Source: an uncultured Candidatus Rokubacteria bacterium (GTDB lineage: Bacteria; Methylomirabilota; Methylomirabilia; Rokubacteriales; CSP1-6). Taken from it: 64,000 nucleotides of DNA. The stretch is taken from contig CAVVEU010000025.1 in assembly GCA_963747235.1 (NCBI GenBank), positions 28,209-92,208 of the forward strand, given 5' to 3'. This document shows, piece by piece, positions 27,983-40,698 of this stretch; positions within the stretch are counted from its first letter, which is position 1, and the number at the start of each line of letters is the position of its first letter. A program made the translations under genes and the position numbers. Under the pieces are notes generated by a model. That model searched no databases. It was given only the letters and a program-made list of their open reading frames with translations, and was not told where the DNA came from.

Positions 27983-30900
27983 TCAGTTGAGCTGCGCAAT
28001 GAGCTGCTTGGCCTTCTCCCGGAACCGGGCCACGCCTTCGAGCTTGATGTGCTCGTAGCCGCGGATCTCGTCGGGCAGCTCGGCCAGGGTCACCGCCGCG
28101 CCGTGGGTGACCGGGCTGAGCCGCACGAGCGCGGTCTCGATGAGCTGGCGGTACTCGCCGATCAGCTCCCGCTCCACCTTCCGCACCTCCGCGTAGCCGA
28201 AGGGATCGAACGCGGTGCCCCGCAGCCCCTTCATGGCCTTCAATATCTGGAAGGCGGGGGCGAACCAGGCCCCGAGCCGGATCTTCTTCTTGAGGCCCAG
28301 CGCGCGGAGCAGCGGCGGGTGCAGGTGCCAGTAGGTCCGGATCTTCTGGCCGAACTTCGCCTGGAGCTGCGCGGCCATCGCCGCGTCGAGATGCAGGCGC
28401 GCCACCTCGTACTCGTCCTTGTAGGCCATGAGCTTGTGGAGATGCCGCGCGACGGATTCCGCGAGCCCCACGCTGCCCGGGGCGCGCTCCGCCTCCACCT
28501 GGGCCACGCGGTGGACGAAGTCCACGTACTCGCCCGCGTAGGCCGCGTTCTGGTACGCGATCAGCTCGGGCACCCGGATCTCGAGCAGACGCCGCAGCTC
28601 CCCCGACGCCTCCACGCGATCCACCAGCGCGCGCGCCTCCGCGCTCAGCACGCGCGGCGCCTCGACGGCCTGCGCGGTGGCCTGGGCGACCGCCGCCTCC
28701 ACCTGCTTGCGGTCCACCACCGCCATCCGGCCCCACCGGAAGGCGAGCACGTTCATGTCCACCGAGACGCCGTTGATGCGGATGGCGCGCTCGATGGCCG
28801 CGGCCGAGATCGGCAGCGCGCCCGCCTGGTAGGCCGCCCCGAGCATGATCGGGTTCACCGCCATGTGGTCCCCGAAGAGCGCCTCCGCGATGGCCTGGGC
28901 GTCGAGGTAGACGTTCGGATCCTTCCGCGTCACCCGGTCGATGCTCATCAGCATGCTGCTGAGCTCGGGGAAGTGCACCGCGGTGTCCACCACCATCTGG
29001 CCGGTGGGAATCTGGCTCGTGGACACCACCGCGATCGTGCGGCCCGATTCGGCCTTGTCCAGGTTGACCGGATCGGTGGCCACCAGGAGGTCGAAGCCCA
29101 GGTAGAGATCGGAGGCCCCCGCGGAGACCTTGTTGGCGCGCTCGATCGGCTCGGAGCCGATCTTGAGGTCGGAGACCACCGGCCCGCCCTTCTGGCTGAG
29201 CCCGGTCTGGTCGAGCCCGCGCACGTGCCGGCCGTCGAGCATGGCCGCGGTGCCGAGGATCTGGTTCATGGTGACGACGCCGGTGCCGCCGATGCCCATC
29301 ATGTGGAGCGCGAAGCCCTCGCTCGGCACCTTCAGCGCGGGCTCGGGCAGCTCGGCCTCGAGCGGGGTCACCTTCCGCTCCCGTTTGGGCGCCGTCCCGG
29401 CCCCCTCGATGGTGAGGAACGACGGGCAGTCGCCGAGCAGGCACGAGTAGTCCTTGTTGCAGGAGGACTGGTGGATCGCGGTCTTCCGCCCGAACTCGGT
29501 GTCGATCGGCTGCACCGACAGGCAGTTCGACTTCTTGCCGCAGTCGCCGCACCCCTCGCACACGCGCTCGTTGATGAAGACGCGGGTCATCGGGTCGATC
29601 ATCTTGCCGCGCTTGCGCAGCCGCCGCTTCTCCGCCGCGCAGTGCTGGTCGTGGATCAGCACGGTGACGCCGCTGATGGCCGCGAGCAGCGACTGCGCCT
29701 CCAGCAGCCGGTCGCGATGCCAGACCTCCGCGTTGCCCGCGATCGAGACCCCCGAGTACTTGGCGGGATCGTCGCTCGTGATGATGATGCGCTTGACGCC
29801 CTCGGCCTCGAGGCGCCGGCTGAGCGCGGGGATGGGCAGGGCCCCCGCCGCGTTCTGGCCGCCGGTCATCGCGACCGCGCCGTTGTAGAGGATCTTGTAG
29901 GTGATGTTCACGCCGGAGGCCACCGCGTAGTTCAGCGCGAGGCCGCCGGAGTGGAAGAACGTCCCGTCGCCGATGTTCTGGAAGAGGTGCGGCGTCTCGG
30001 TGAACGGCGCGATGCCGACCCACTGCGCGCCCTCCGCGCCCATGTGGGTGACCCCGATGATGCCGCGGTCCATCCCCATCGCCATGCCGTGGCAGCCGAT
30101 GCCCGCGGCGGCCACGCTGCCCTCGGGCACCACGGTGGAGCGGTTGTGCGGGCAGCCCGAGCAGAAGAAGGCGGAGCGGGCCAGGGTCAGCGTCTTGGGC
30201 CGGCGCTTGAGCTCGTCGAGGTGCTGGATGCGCGCCTCCACCGAGTCGATCTTGACGCGACGGGCGAGGCGCCGGGCGATGGCCCGCGCGATGCAGGTCG
30301 GAGTCGAGCTCGCCGACCGGCGACAGCAGCGGCCGGTCCTCCTCGTCGAGCTTGCCCACCACCTGCGGCCGGTCCGCCTGGCCGTAGAGCACGTCCTTGC
30401 AGAACATCTCGACGAACGAGCGCTTCTCCTCGACGACGAGGATCTCCTGCAGGCCGCGCCCGAACTCGCGCACGATGCGCGGCTCCATCGGGAACAGCAT
30501 GCCGATCTTGAGGATGCGGATGCCGTAGCGGCGCAGCGCGCCGTCGTCGAGCCCGAGCTCGGCGAGGGCCTGGCGGACGTCGTAGTAGGTCTTGCCGCTC
30601 GTGACGATGCCGAACCACGCGTTCGGCGACGGCACCGTGATGCGGTTGAGCTTGTTCTCGTACGCGTAGCGCCGGGCCAGCTCGAGGCGCGCGCCGTGAA
30701 GCGTGCGCTCCATGTCGAGGCCGTAGGGCGGGATCAGGTTCACGTTGATCTGGTGCTGGAAGGGCTTGCCGTCCAGCTCGACCACCGGGATGATCGGGTT
30801 CACGCGATCCGGATCCACCTCGGCGGTGCCCGCCTCGTCCGCCACGTTCGTGACGATCTTGGCGCCCACCCAGAGCCCGGACGTGCGCGAGAGCATGAAG

Positions 30901-31464
30901 CCGTGCAGGCCGAGATCGAGGATCTCCTGCACGTTGCCCGGGTAGATCGTGGGCATCAGCGCGTCGTAGAGCGCGACCTCGGAGTGGCTCGGCAAGCGTC
31001 GACGATTTGGACAGCGGATCGTCCCCGGCCAGCGCGAGCACGCCGCCGTTCTTGCCCACGCCCGCGTAGTTGGCGTGCTTGAAGACGTCGCCGGTGCGGT
31101 CCACGCCCGGCGCCTTGCCGTACCACATGCCGAGCACGCCGTCGTACCGGGGGTTCGGGAAGAGCCCCGCCATCTGGCTGCCGTACACCGCGGTGGCGCC
31201 CAGGTCCTCGTTGAGGCCGGAGGAGAACACCACGTCGTGCGCGCGGAGCAGCGTGGTCATGCGCTCGAGCGTCTGGTCGAGCCCGCCGAGGGGCGAGCCG
31301 CGGTAGCCCGAGATGAAGGTCGCCGTCTTGAGGCCTCGCCGGATGTCGGCGCGATGCTGATCGAGGGGGAGCCGGACCAGCGCCTGTATGCCGGACAGGT
31401 ACACGCGTCCGCGCTCCTGGGTGTACTTGTCCTCGAGCGAAAACTCTCCGGTCGGTGTGGTCAT
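27983..31464 (-). CDS. Indolepyruvate:ferredoxin oxidoreductase family protein, fused alpha/beta (frameshifts ~30993, ~30295)
   Basis: SGYRGSPLGG, WYGKAPGVDR, FCSGCPHN, GDGTFFHSG, CEGCGDC, GLSQKGG, AYKDEYEVARL. Confidence 0.93.
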
Positions 31465-31510
31465 GAGCTCCCCTTGGGGGTGGCGACGTTAGACATCAAA
31501 CGACGGCCAT

Positions 31511-31539
31511 ATAGTAGTCGGGAAAGGCATTTCGAGCAA
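31511..31539 (-). promoter_or_regulatory. sigma70-type promoter for IOR-sodC
   Basis: TTGCTC-N17-TACTAT. Confidence 0.6.
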
Positions 31540-31676
31540 GCAAGGCGGACGGCGAACGCCCGATTCACGGTTGACCGCAAGTCCGAAACGGTTGTCCGCG
31601 GACTGGGGGAGTGCGGGGGCCATTTCTGGGCCCCCGCATTCAATAGAGCTTGAAGAACTAGACGGTTGTCCGCCGG

Positions 31677-32312
31677 CTACTTTCGCAGCAGCGGTACCAG
31701 GAACTGCCACAGATGCTCGACCACGAGCGCATAGCCCTCGGCGGTCGGATGAATCCCGTCGGCCTGGTTCAGCCGCGGAATCGCGCCGACGCCTTCGAGG
31801 AAGAACGGCAGATACGGCGCGTTGCGCACGCGCGCCACCTCGCTGAAGAGCCGGTAGAAGTCGTCGGCGTAGGGAGTGCCGTAGTTCGGGGGCAGGCGCA
31901 TGCCCGCCACGAGCACGCGGGCGCCGGCGGCCTGGAAGCGCGCCACGAGCTGATCCAGGTTGGCGCGCACCGAGGCCAGGTTCTGGCCGCGGAGGGCGTC
32001 GTTGACGCCCAGCTCCAGGATCACGATCTCGGGCTTGAGGCGCAGCGCCCAGTCCACGCGCCGGAGCCCGCCCGCGGTGGTGTCGCCCGACACGCCCGCG
32101 TTGACGACCTTGTACGCGTAGCCCTCGCGCCGGAGCCGCTCGCCCAGCAGCGCGGGATAGGTCTGATCGGCCGGCACGCCGAGCCCCGAGGTGAGGCTGT
32201 CGCCGAAGGCGACGATCACGCGGTCCGGCGCCTGCGCGGCGGCCGGCGCGGGCGCGCACGCGAACACCGCGAGCTGGACCAGCAGGAGGAGCCGCCCGAG
32301 CAGCGCGCGCAT
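31677..32312 (-). CDS. tesA: Arylesterase / acyl-CoA thioesterase I (GDSL)
   Basis: FGDSLT, NAGVSGDTT, ELGVND, DGIHP; signal peptide; divergent from ybbA as in E. coli. Confidence 0.9.
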   Translation of the reverse strand: MRALLGRLLLLVQLAVFACAPAPAAAQAPDRVIVAFGDSLTSGLGVPADQTYPALLGERLRREGYAYKVVNAGVSGDTTAGGLRRVDWALRLKPEIVILELGVNDALRGQNLASVRANLDQLVARFQAAGARVLVAGMRLPPNYGTPYADDFYRLFSEVARVRNAPYLPFFLEGVGAIPRLNQADGIHPTAEGYALVVEHLWQFLVPLLRK

Positions 32313-32326
32313 GTCGCTAGTGTAGT

Positions 32327-33000
<674 letters not shown>

Positions 33001-33004
<4 letters not shown>

Positions 33005-35504
33005 GCCGCTTCGTCTTCCGGCTCGCCTGGCGGGAGACGCGGGGCGCGTGGCGGCACTTCGGCTACTTCTTCGCCTGCATCACCCTGGGCGTCAGCGCGC
33101 TGGTCGGGGTGGGCAGCTTCGCGGACAGCCTCGAGCGCACCGTCGCCCGCTCGGCCCGAGTCGCTGATGGGCGGCGACGTGGAGGTCCGCGGCACGCAGC
33201 CCCTGCCCGCGGACGCGGCGCCTCTCGTGGCGCCCCTGCTCGCGGACGTCGCGACCACGCGCGTGCGCGAGATGGTGGCCATGGCGCAGGCGGGCCCGTC
33301 GCAGAGCCACATCGTCGAGCTCAAGGCGGTGGAGCCGGGCTATCCCTTCTACGGCACGCTCGTGACCGAGCCGGCGCGCCCGCTCGAGACGCTGATCGGC
33401 GGCGGCCGCGCGCTCGTGCACGACTCGTTTCTCGCCCGCTTCGGGCTCCGGGTCGGCGACCGCTTCCGCGTGGGCGACCTCGAGCTGACCATCACCGGCG
33501 TCATCCAGAAGGAGCCGGACCGCGCGATCGGCGTCTTCTCGCTGGGCCCGCGGGTGCTGATCGCCGGCGACGATCTCGAGCGCACCGGGCTGATCCGCCC
33601 GGGCAGCCGCGTGCGCTACCGCACGCTCGTGCGCCTGCCCGAGGGCCGCGACGCCCAGGCCTTCCGCGACCGGCTCGCGGCCGCGCTGCCCGCCGGCCAG
33701 CGCGTGTCGACCTACGGCCAGGCCCAGCCCGGCCTGCGGCGCTTCTGGGACCAGCTCACGATGTATCTGGGGCTCACCGGCCTCGTGGCGCTGATGGTGG
33801 GCGGCATCGGGGTCGCGGTGAGCGTGAACGCGTTCGTGCGGCAGAAGCTGGCCTCGATCGCCATCCTGAAGGCGCTCGGCGCGGGCTGGCGGCCGCTGCT
33901 CGCCGCGTACCTGCTGCAGACCGCCCTGCTCGGGCTGGGCGGCAGCGCGCTCGGCGCGCTCCTGGGCAGCGCGGTGCAGCCGCTGCTCGCGCCCACCCTC
34001 ACGCGGCTGCTGCCGATCGAGCTCACGCTGTCCTTCTCGCTCCGCGCGGTGCTGAGCGGCCTCGCGATGGGCGTGGGCGTGACCCTGCTCTACGCGCTCT
34101 GGCCGCTGCTGCAGATCCGCCACGTGCCCCCGGCGCTCATCCTCCGAATGGACGTCGAGCCGCGGCTGCGCGGCCGCCGCCCGTGGGCGGCCGCGGTCCC
34201 GCTCGCGGCCGGCCTTGCCGGGCTCGCGCTCTGGCAGGCCGGCTCCTGGAAGATCGGCGCGCTGTTCGCGGGCGGCCTCGCCGCGGCGCTGATCCTCCTG
34301 GCCCTCGGCGCCCGCCTCGTCATCGCGCTGGCCCGCCGCGTGCGCTGGCGGTCGCCCGCCTGGCGGCAGGGCGCGGCCAATCTCCACCGCCCCGGCAGCC
34401 ACGCGGGGCCGGTGCTGGTCTCGCTCGGCCTGGCCGTGATGCTGATCGTCTCCATCGCCCTGCTCGACCGGAGCCTGCGCGCGCAGCTCGTGGACCGCGC
34501 CCCCGGCAGCGCGCCCGCGTTCTTCTTCATCGACATCCAGACCGATCAGGCCGAGCCCTTCGCGCGGCTCGTGGCGGCCCAGGGCGCGACCACGCCCGCG
34601 GAGCTGACGCCGGTGGTGCGCTCGCGCCTGGCCGCGGTCAACGGCGCCTCGATCGCGCAGGACGAGCGCGCGCGACGGGAAGACGCGTGGTATCTCACGC
34701 GCGAGTACGTGCTGACCTGGGCCAAGGAGCCGCCCGGGCACAACACCGTCGTGGCCGGCCGCTGGTGGACGCCCGAGGAAGCGGCCCGCGAGCCCCTGAT
34801 CTCGGTGGAGGAGGAGATCGCGCGCCAGCTCGGGGTGAAGCTCGGCGACACGCCTCACCTTCGACATCCAGGGCGTGCCGGTGAGCGCGCGGGTGACGAG
34901 CCTGCGCCACGTGGACTGGCGCTCGCTCACCTCCAACTTCTTCGTGATCTTCTCGCCGGGCGCGCTGGACGGCGCGCCGAGCACCTTCATCGCCACCGTC
35001 GGCGCGCGACCCGAGCAGGAGACCCAGCTCCAGTCCGCGGTGGTGGCCGCGTTCCCGAACATCACCGCGATCCCGATCCGCGAAGTGCTCGAGCGCGTCA
35101 GCGCCATGCTCGACCAGATCGCGCTCGCGGTGCGCCTGGTCGCCGCGTTCAGCATCGGGGCCGGGCTCATCGTGATGGCGGGCGCGCTCGCCATCACCCG
35201 GCAGCAGCGGCTCTACCAGTCCGTGATCCTGAAGGCGCTCGGCGCCACGCGCGGCTTCGTCTCCCGCGTGTTCGCGGTGGAGTACGCGCTCCTCGGCGCC
35301 GCCGCCGGGCTGGCGGGCAGCGCGCTGGCCGCGCTCCTGGCCTGGGCGGTGCTCCGCTGGGCGCTCGAGGTGCCCTGGCGCTGGGCCCCCGGCACGCTGC
35401 TGGCCGGCGTGGCGACCGCCACCGCGCTCGCGCTGCTGGTGGGCTTCCTCGGCACCCGGCGCCTGCTCGGCCGCCGCCCGCTCGGCGTGCTCCGAAGCGA
35501 GTGA
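33001..35504 (+). CDS. ybbP: ABC permease with two FtsX domains, YbbP-like (frameshifts ~33160, ~34855)
   Basis: [43 protein letters not shown]. Confidence 0.85.
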
Positions 35505-36309
35505 CGCTGCTCGAGCGGCTGCGCGCGCTCTACCCGGAGGCCTCGGGCCGGAGCCTCAAGCAGTGGCTCGAGGCGGGGCGCGTGGAGGTCAACGGGCAGC
35601 CCACGCGAGACGGCCGCCTCGCGCTGGCCGCCGCCGACACCGTCGCGCTCGCCGCGCGCCGGGCCGCACCCTTCCCGCGCGGCCTCTCGCTCGTGCACGA
35701 GGACGACGCGATCCTCGTCGTGGTCAAGCCGTCCGGCCTCCTCTCGATCGCCACCGATCGCGAGCGGGAGCGCACCGCGTACCGCCTGCTCTGGGACTAC
35801 CTCGCGGCCAAGCGGCAGCGGCCGTTCATCGTCCATCGGCTCGATCGCGAGACGTCCGGGCTGCTCGTCTTCGCCAAGTCCGAGGAGACGAAGCGGCGCG
35901 CTCCAGGCGCAGTTCGAGGCGCGCAACGTCGAGCGCGTGTACCTGGCGCTGGTCGAGGGCGGCGGCCCGCCCGACGAGCGGGGCACGCTCGAGAGCAAGC
36001 TCGCGGAAGATCGCATGCTGCGGGTGCGCTCGGCCGAGAAGGGCCGCCAGGCCATCACCCACTATCGCGTGCTGAGGCGACGCCGCGAGGGCTGCCTGCT
36101 CGAGCTGCGCCTCGGCACCGGGCGCCGGCACCAGATCCGCGTGCAGCTCGCCGAGGCGGGCTGGCCGATCGTCGGCGACGTCGACCCACGGCGGCGCCCG
36201 GGGCAGCGTGGGGCGGCTGTGCCTGCACGCCACGCGGCTCGGCTTCGTGCATCCGGCGACGCAGCGGCAGGTCGTCTTCGAGAGCGCGCCGCCCGCCGAC
36301 TGGGTATAA
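35501..36309 (+). CDS. RluA-family pseudouridine synthase with S4 domain (2 frameshifts)
   Basis: VVKPSGL, VHRLDRETSGLLVFAK, GTGRRHQIRVQL, GWPIVGD, LCLHA. Confidence 0.9.
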
Positions 36310-36330
36310 TCCGCGCGGTCGCGAAGCATT

Positions 36331-36365
36331 CCCCTCACCCTGCCCTCTCCCCAGGGGGGAGAGGG
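36331..36365. repeat. REP/boxC-like hairpin element
   Basis: CCCCTCACCCTGCCCTCTCCCC-AGG-GGGGAGAGGG; same 22-mer as 39294. Confidence 0.75.
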
Positions 36366-36379
36366 TGTCCGGAGGCCCC

Positions 36380-37180
36380 ATGGCCGCGTCGCCGTTTTCG
36401 ATCGAGGACAAGGTCGCCATCGTCACCGGCGGCGGAGTCGGCATCGGCAAGTCCATCGCGCTCGAGTTCGCCCGCGCGGGCGCCGACGTGGTGATCGCGA
36501 GCCGCAAGCTCGAGAACCTCGAGCCGGTCACCGCCGAGATCCAGAAGCTGGGCCGCCGCTCCTTCTGCGTGGCCGCTCGACGTCCGCCAGGAGGATCAGG
36601 TCAAGGGCCTGGTCGAGCGCACCGTGAAGGAGATGGGGCGCCTCGACGTCATGATCAACAACGCGGGCGCCTCGTTCCGCGCCAAGGTCGAGGACATCTC
36701 GGCCAACGGCTGGAACACGGTGGTCGGCATCAACCTGAACGGCACCTTCTTCGGCTGCAAGTGGGCGGCGCAAGCAGATGATGGACCAGCCGAGCGGCGG
36801 CTCCATCATCAACATCTCGTCCATCGCGGGCGTCTACGGCTCGACCATGATGTCGCACTACGGCGCCTCCAAGGCCGCGGTGATCAACTTCACCCGCGCC
36901 CTCGGCATGGCGTGGGGGCGCAAGGGCGTGCGGGTGAACTGCATCGCGCCCGGGCCCGGTCGAGACCGAGGGCTACCTGGGCGTGCTCACCAAGCAGGAC
37001 CCGGCCGCGGCCAAGAAGGCCTACGACACGGTGGCCAGTCGCGTGGGCATGGGCCGCTGGGGCAAGGTGGAGGAGATCGCGTATCCGTGCATCTTCCTCG
37101 CCTCCGCCGCGTCCTCGTTCATGACCGGCGAGACCATCGTGATCGACGGCGGGCCCGCGCCCCAGCTCGGCGACGGCTGA
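36380..37180 (+). CDS. Short-chain dehydrogenase/reductase (about 3 frameshifts)
   Basis: TGGGVGIG, NNAG, YGASK, VRVNCIAPG, MTGETIVIDGG. Confidence 0.9.
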
Positions 37181-37197
37181 TCGCCGGCTGATCAGAC

Positions 37198-38045
37198 ATG
37201 CCCGAGCTGCCCGAGGTCGAGGCGGCGCGCCGCGCGGCCCACACCGTCGCGGTGGGCCGCCGCATCGTCGACGCGTACGTCGCCGACGATCCGATCGTCT
37301 TCGAGGGCGTCGCGCCCGCCCGCTTTCGCCGGGCCCTCGTCGGCCGCCGCGTGAAGGCGGTGCGCCGCCACGGCAAGCATCTCTGGCTCGAGCTCGACCG
37401 GCGGCCGTGGCCGTGCCTGCACTTCGGCATGACCGGCGGCATTCATGTCCCGGCGGGCCGCGCGGTGGGCTCGTGTCCGACGGACGACGTGAACCGGTCG
37501 GACTGGCCGCCCCGCTTCACCAAGCTCCACCTGCGCTTCGCGGGCGGCGGCGAGCTGGCCCTGGCCGACGGCCGGCGGCTCGGCCGCATCCGGCTGCGCC
37601 AGGACCCGCCCACCGAGCCGCCGATCAACGCGCTCGGCTTCGACGCCTGGCAGGCCATGCCCACGGCCGCCACGCTTCCACGCGATGCTCCGCGAGCGGA
37701 AGTCGCCGATCAAGGCGGTGCTGCTCGACCAGTCCTTCGCGGCGGGCATCGGCAACTGGATCGCCGACGAGGTGCTCTACCAGGCCGGGATCGCACCCAA
37801 GCGCCGCGCCAGCACGCTCTCCGCCGCGGAGGCCGGGCGGCTGCGGACCCGGATCCGGTCCGTGATCGGCGGGGCGGTGCGGGCGGGATCTGATAGTCGA
37901 TCGCTTCCCGCGCTGGTGGCTCTTCCACCGCCGCTGGGGCCACCGCCGCGGGGGCCCGTCCGCCACCACGGTGCGGGGCGAGCACATCCGCCACGAGACG
38001 GTCGGGGGCCGCACCACGGCCTGGGTGCCCTCGGCGCAGCGCTGA
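37198..38045 (+). CDS. mutM: Fpg/Nei DNA glycosylase, zincless-finger type (2 frameshifts)
   Basis: MPELPEVE, GKHL, HFGMTG, LLDQ..AGIGNWIADEVLY; C-terminus FPRWWLFHRRW...VGGRTTAWVPSAQR with no Cys. Confidence 0.88.
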
Positions 38046-38087
38046 GGTATACTCCTCCCCAGCTTTCCCCCTTCGAAAGGAGCCCCT

Positions 38088-39275
38088 ATGAGAGAGGCTG
38101 TCGTCGTCGCCAGCTCCCGCACCCCGCTCGCCAAGTCCCATCGCGGGTCGTTCAACATCACCCGCCCGGATGACCTGGCCGCCCACTGCATCAAGGACGT
38201 GCTCGGCAAGGCCCCGCAGCTCGATCCCGCCGAGATCGAGGACGTGATCCTCGGCTGCGCCCAGCCCAACGGCCCCCAGGGCAGCAACGTCGCGCGCGTG
38301 GCCCTGGTCCGCGCGGGCCTGCCCGTCTCGGTCGCGGGCACGACGGTCAACCGCTTCTGCTCCTCCGGGCTGCAGGCCATCGCCATGGCCGCCCACCAGA
38401 TCATCCTGGGCGGCGCGGACGCGGCCATCGGCGGCGGCCTCGAATCCATCAGCATGATGAAGCGCGACGGCGACCCGAACCCGTGGGTGAAGGAGAAGAA
38501 GCCCGGCATCTACATGGTGATGGGCGACACCGCCGAGGTGGTGGCCAAGCGCTACAACGTCACCCGCCAGATGCAGGACGAGTACTCCCTGGTGAGCCAG
38601 CAGCGCACCGCGCGGGCCCAGCAGGAGGGCTTCTTCAAGGAAGAGATGGCGCCGATGCAGGTCGTGCGCGGCATCGTGGACAAGAAGACCGGCGAGATCA
38701 CCGGCAAGGAAGACGGCTACGTGGACAAGGACGAGTGCAACCGTCCCGACACCACGCTGGAAGCCCTGATGTCGCTGCAGCCGCACTTCGACAAGACGAG
38801 CGGCCAGGGCAGCGTCACCGCGGGCAACTCCTCGCAGCTCTCCGACGGCGCCTCCGCCACGCTGCTGATGTCGGCGGACCGCGCCAAGGCGCTCGGCATC
38901 AAGCCCAAGCTCATCTTCCGCGGCTTCGCGGTCGCGGGCTGCGAGCCGGACGAGATGGGCATCGGGCCGATCTACGCGGTGCCGAAGCTGCTCAAGCGCA
39001 ACGGCCTCAAGATGGACGACATCGACGTGTGGGAGCTGAACGAGGCCTTCGCCTCGCAGGTGGTCTACTGCCGCGACAAGCTGGGCATCCCGATGGAGAA
39101 GCTGAACCCGAACGGCGGCTCGATCTCGATCGGCCACCCGTTCGGCATGACCGGCTCGCGCATGGTGGGCACCATCGCCAACGAGATGCTGCGGCGCAAG
39201 GCGCGCTACGGCGTCGTGACGATGTGCATCGGCGGCGGCCAGGGCGCCGCGGGCCTCTTCGAGTCCTGTCTCTAA
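38088..39275 (+). CDS. Acetyl-CoA C-acyltransferase (thiolase)
   Basis: NRFCSSG, NEAF, GHPFGMTG, CIGGGQG. Confidence 0.95.
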   Translation: MREAVVVASSRTPLAKSHRGSFNITRPDDLAAHCIKDVLGKAPQLDPAEIEDVILGCAQPNGPQGSNVARVALVRAGLPVSVAGTTVNRFCSSGLQAIAMAAHQIILGGADAAIGGGLESISMMKRDGDPNPWVKEKKPGIYMVMGDTAEVVAKRYNVTRQMQDEYSLVSQQRTARAQQEGFFKEEMAPMQVVRGIVDKKTGEITGKEDGYVDKDECNRPDTTLEALMSLQPHFDKTSGQGSVTAGNSSQLSDGASATLLMSADRAKALGIKPKLIFRGFAVAGCEPDEMGIGPIYAVPKLLKRNGLKMDDIDVWELNEAFASQVVYCRDKLGIPMEKLNPNGGSISIGHPFGMTGSRMVGTIANEMLRRKARYGVVTMCIGGGQGAAGLFESCL

Positions 39276-39293
39276 TCTCTCGCGCTGAAATCT

Positions 39294-39364
39294 CCCCTCA
39301 CCCTGCCCTCTCCCCTCCGGGGGAGGGTCGCGTCTCCCCTCCGGGGAGAGGGCAGGGTGAGGGG
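39294..39364. repeat. Two inverted REP/boxC-like units forming a long hairpin
   Basis: Perfect 22-bp inverted repeat 39294-39315 / 39343-39364. Confidence 0.8.
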
Positions 39365-39389
39365 TCACGCGTTCCCCGGGTGACCTGAC

Positions 39390-40547
39390 ATGGCCTACGA
39401 CTTCGACCGCGTCATCGAGCGCCGCGCCACCGCCAGCAACAAGTGGCGGAAGTATCCCGCCGACGTCCTCCCGCTCTGGGTCGCGGACATGGACTTCGCC
39501 TCGCCCGAGCCGGTGGTGCGCGCGCTGCGCGAGCGGGTCGAGCACGGCGTCTACGGCTACGGCTTCGAGGAGCCGGAGTTCGCCCAGGTGTTCGTGGACC
39601 GCCTGCAGAAGCGCTATGGCTGGACGGTGTCTCCGGAGGCGGTGGTCATGATCCCGGGCGTGATCCCCGGCTTCAACGTGGCCTGCCGCACCCTCACGAA
39701 GCCGGGCGACGGGCTCCTGATGCAGGTGCCGGTCTATCCCCCGATCCTCCGCTCGCCGGGCAATCACGAGCTCACCCGCGACGAGGCCCCGCTCGCCCGC
39801 GACCGCGAGGGCCGCTACGCGGCGGATCTCGACGCGTTCCGCGCCGCCATCCACGCCCGCACGCGCGCCTTCCTGCTCTGCAATCCGCACAATCCCGTGG
39901 GGCGCGTCTTCACTCGAGCCGAGCTCGCGGGCATGGCGCAGATCTGCCTCGAGCGCGATCTGCCGATCATCGCCGACGAGATCCACTGCGATCTGCTCTA
40001 CCAGGGCCAGCGCCACGTCCCGATCGCCTCCCTCGGCCCCGAGATCGAGCAGCGCACGATCACCCTGATGGCGCCCAGCAAGACGTTCAACCTGGCCGGG
40101 CTCAAGGTCTCGGTGGCGGTCATCCCGAACGCTCCGCTGCGCGAGCGCTTCATGGCCGCGCGCGGCGACTACGTGCAGACCCAGGTCAACGTGCTCGGCT
40201 ACGCCGCGGCCTTCGCCGCGTATCGCGACGGCGATGCGTGGCTCGGCGAGCTGCTGCGCTATCTCGAGGCCAACCGGGACTACCTGGCCGACTACGTGGG
40301 CCGGCATCTGCCCGGCGTCACGATGACGCCGCCGGAGGGCACGTACCTCGCCTGGCTGGATTGTCGGGGCGCGGGCGTCGCCGCGGCAGACCCCTTCACG
40401 TTCTTCCTCGAGCGCGCGAAGGTGGCGTTCAACGACGGAGCGCTCTTCGGCCCGGGGGGCCAGGGCTTCGTCCGTCTCAACTTCGGCTCGCCCCGGTCCA
40501 TCCTGACCGAGGGGCTGGAGCGGATGCGCCGGGCCCTCGCCGGCTGA
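39390..40547 (+). CDS. PatB/MalY-family PLP C-S lyase (cystathionine beta-lyase)
   Basis: PLWVADMDF, LCNPHNPVGR, DEIH, APSKTFNLAG, GTYLAWLD, VRLNFG. Confidence 0.92.
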   Translation: MAYDFDRVIERRATASNKWRKYPADVLPLWVADMDFASPEPVVRALRERVEHGVYGYGFEEPEFAQVFVDRLQKRYGWTVSPEAVVMIPGVIPGFNVACRTLTKPGDGLLMQVPVYPPILRSPGNHELTRDEAPLARDREGRYAADLDAFRAAIHARTRAFLLCNPHNPVGRVFTRAELAGMAQICLERDLPIIADEIHCDLLYQGQRHVPIASLGPEIEQRTITLMAPSKTFNLAGLKVSVAVIPNAPLRERFMAARGDYVQTQVNVLGYAAAFAAYRDGDAWLGELLRYLEANRDYLADYVGRHLPGVTMTPPEGTYLAWLDCRGAGVAAADPFTFFLERAKVAFNDGALFGPGGQGFVRLNFGSPRSILTEGLERMRRALAG

Positions 40548-40698
40548 GCCTCGACGGGCCTTAGACGCGGCCCGCCCCGCGGTCGTTTACACCCGCCGTA
40601 CACTGGATCTGGCCGTCGTTTCTACCCGAATGTCCCCCGACGGCCCTCGTCTGACTCTCTGTAACCCGGACCCCTAGCCAGCAGCCCAGGAGATCGCG

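Noticed and set aside
31612-31638. Hairpin TGCGGGGGCC...GGCCCCCGCA as an ncRNA or riboswitch
   Set aside because: Single GC stem after tesA with no U-tract on the coding strand and no recognisable aptamer; cannot be supported.
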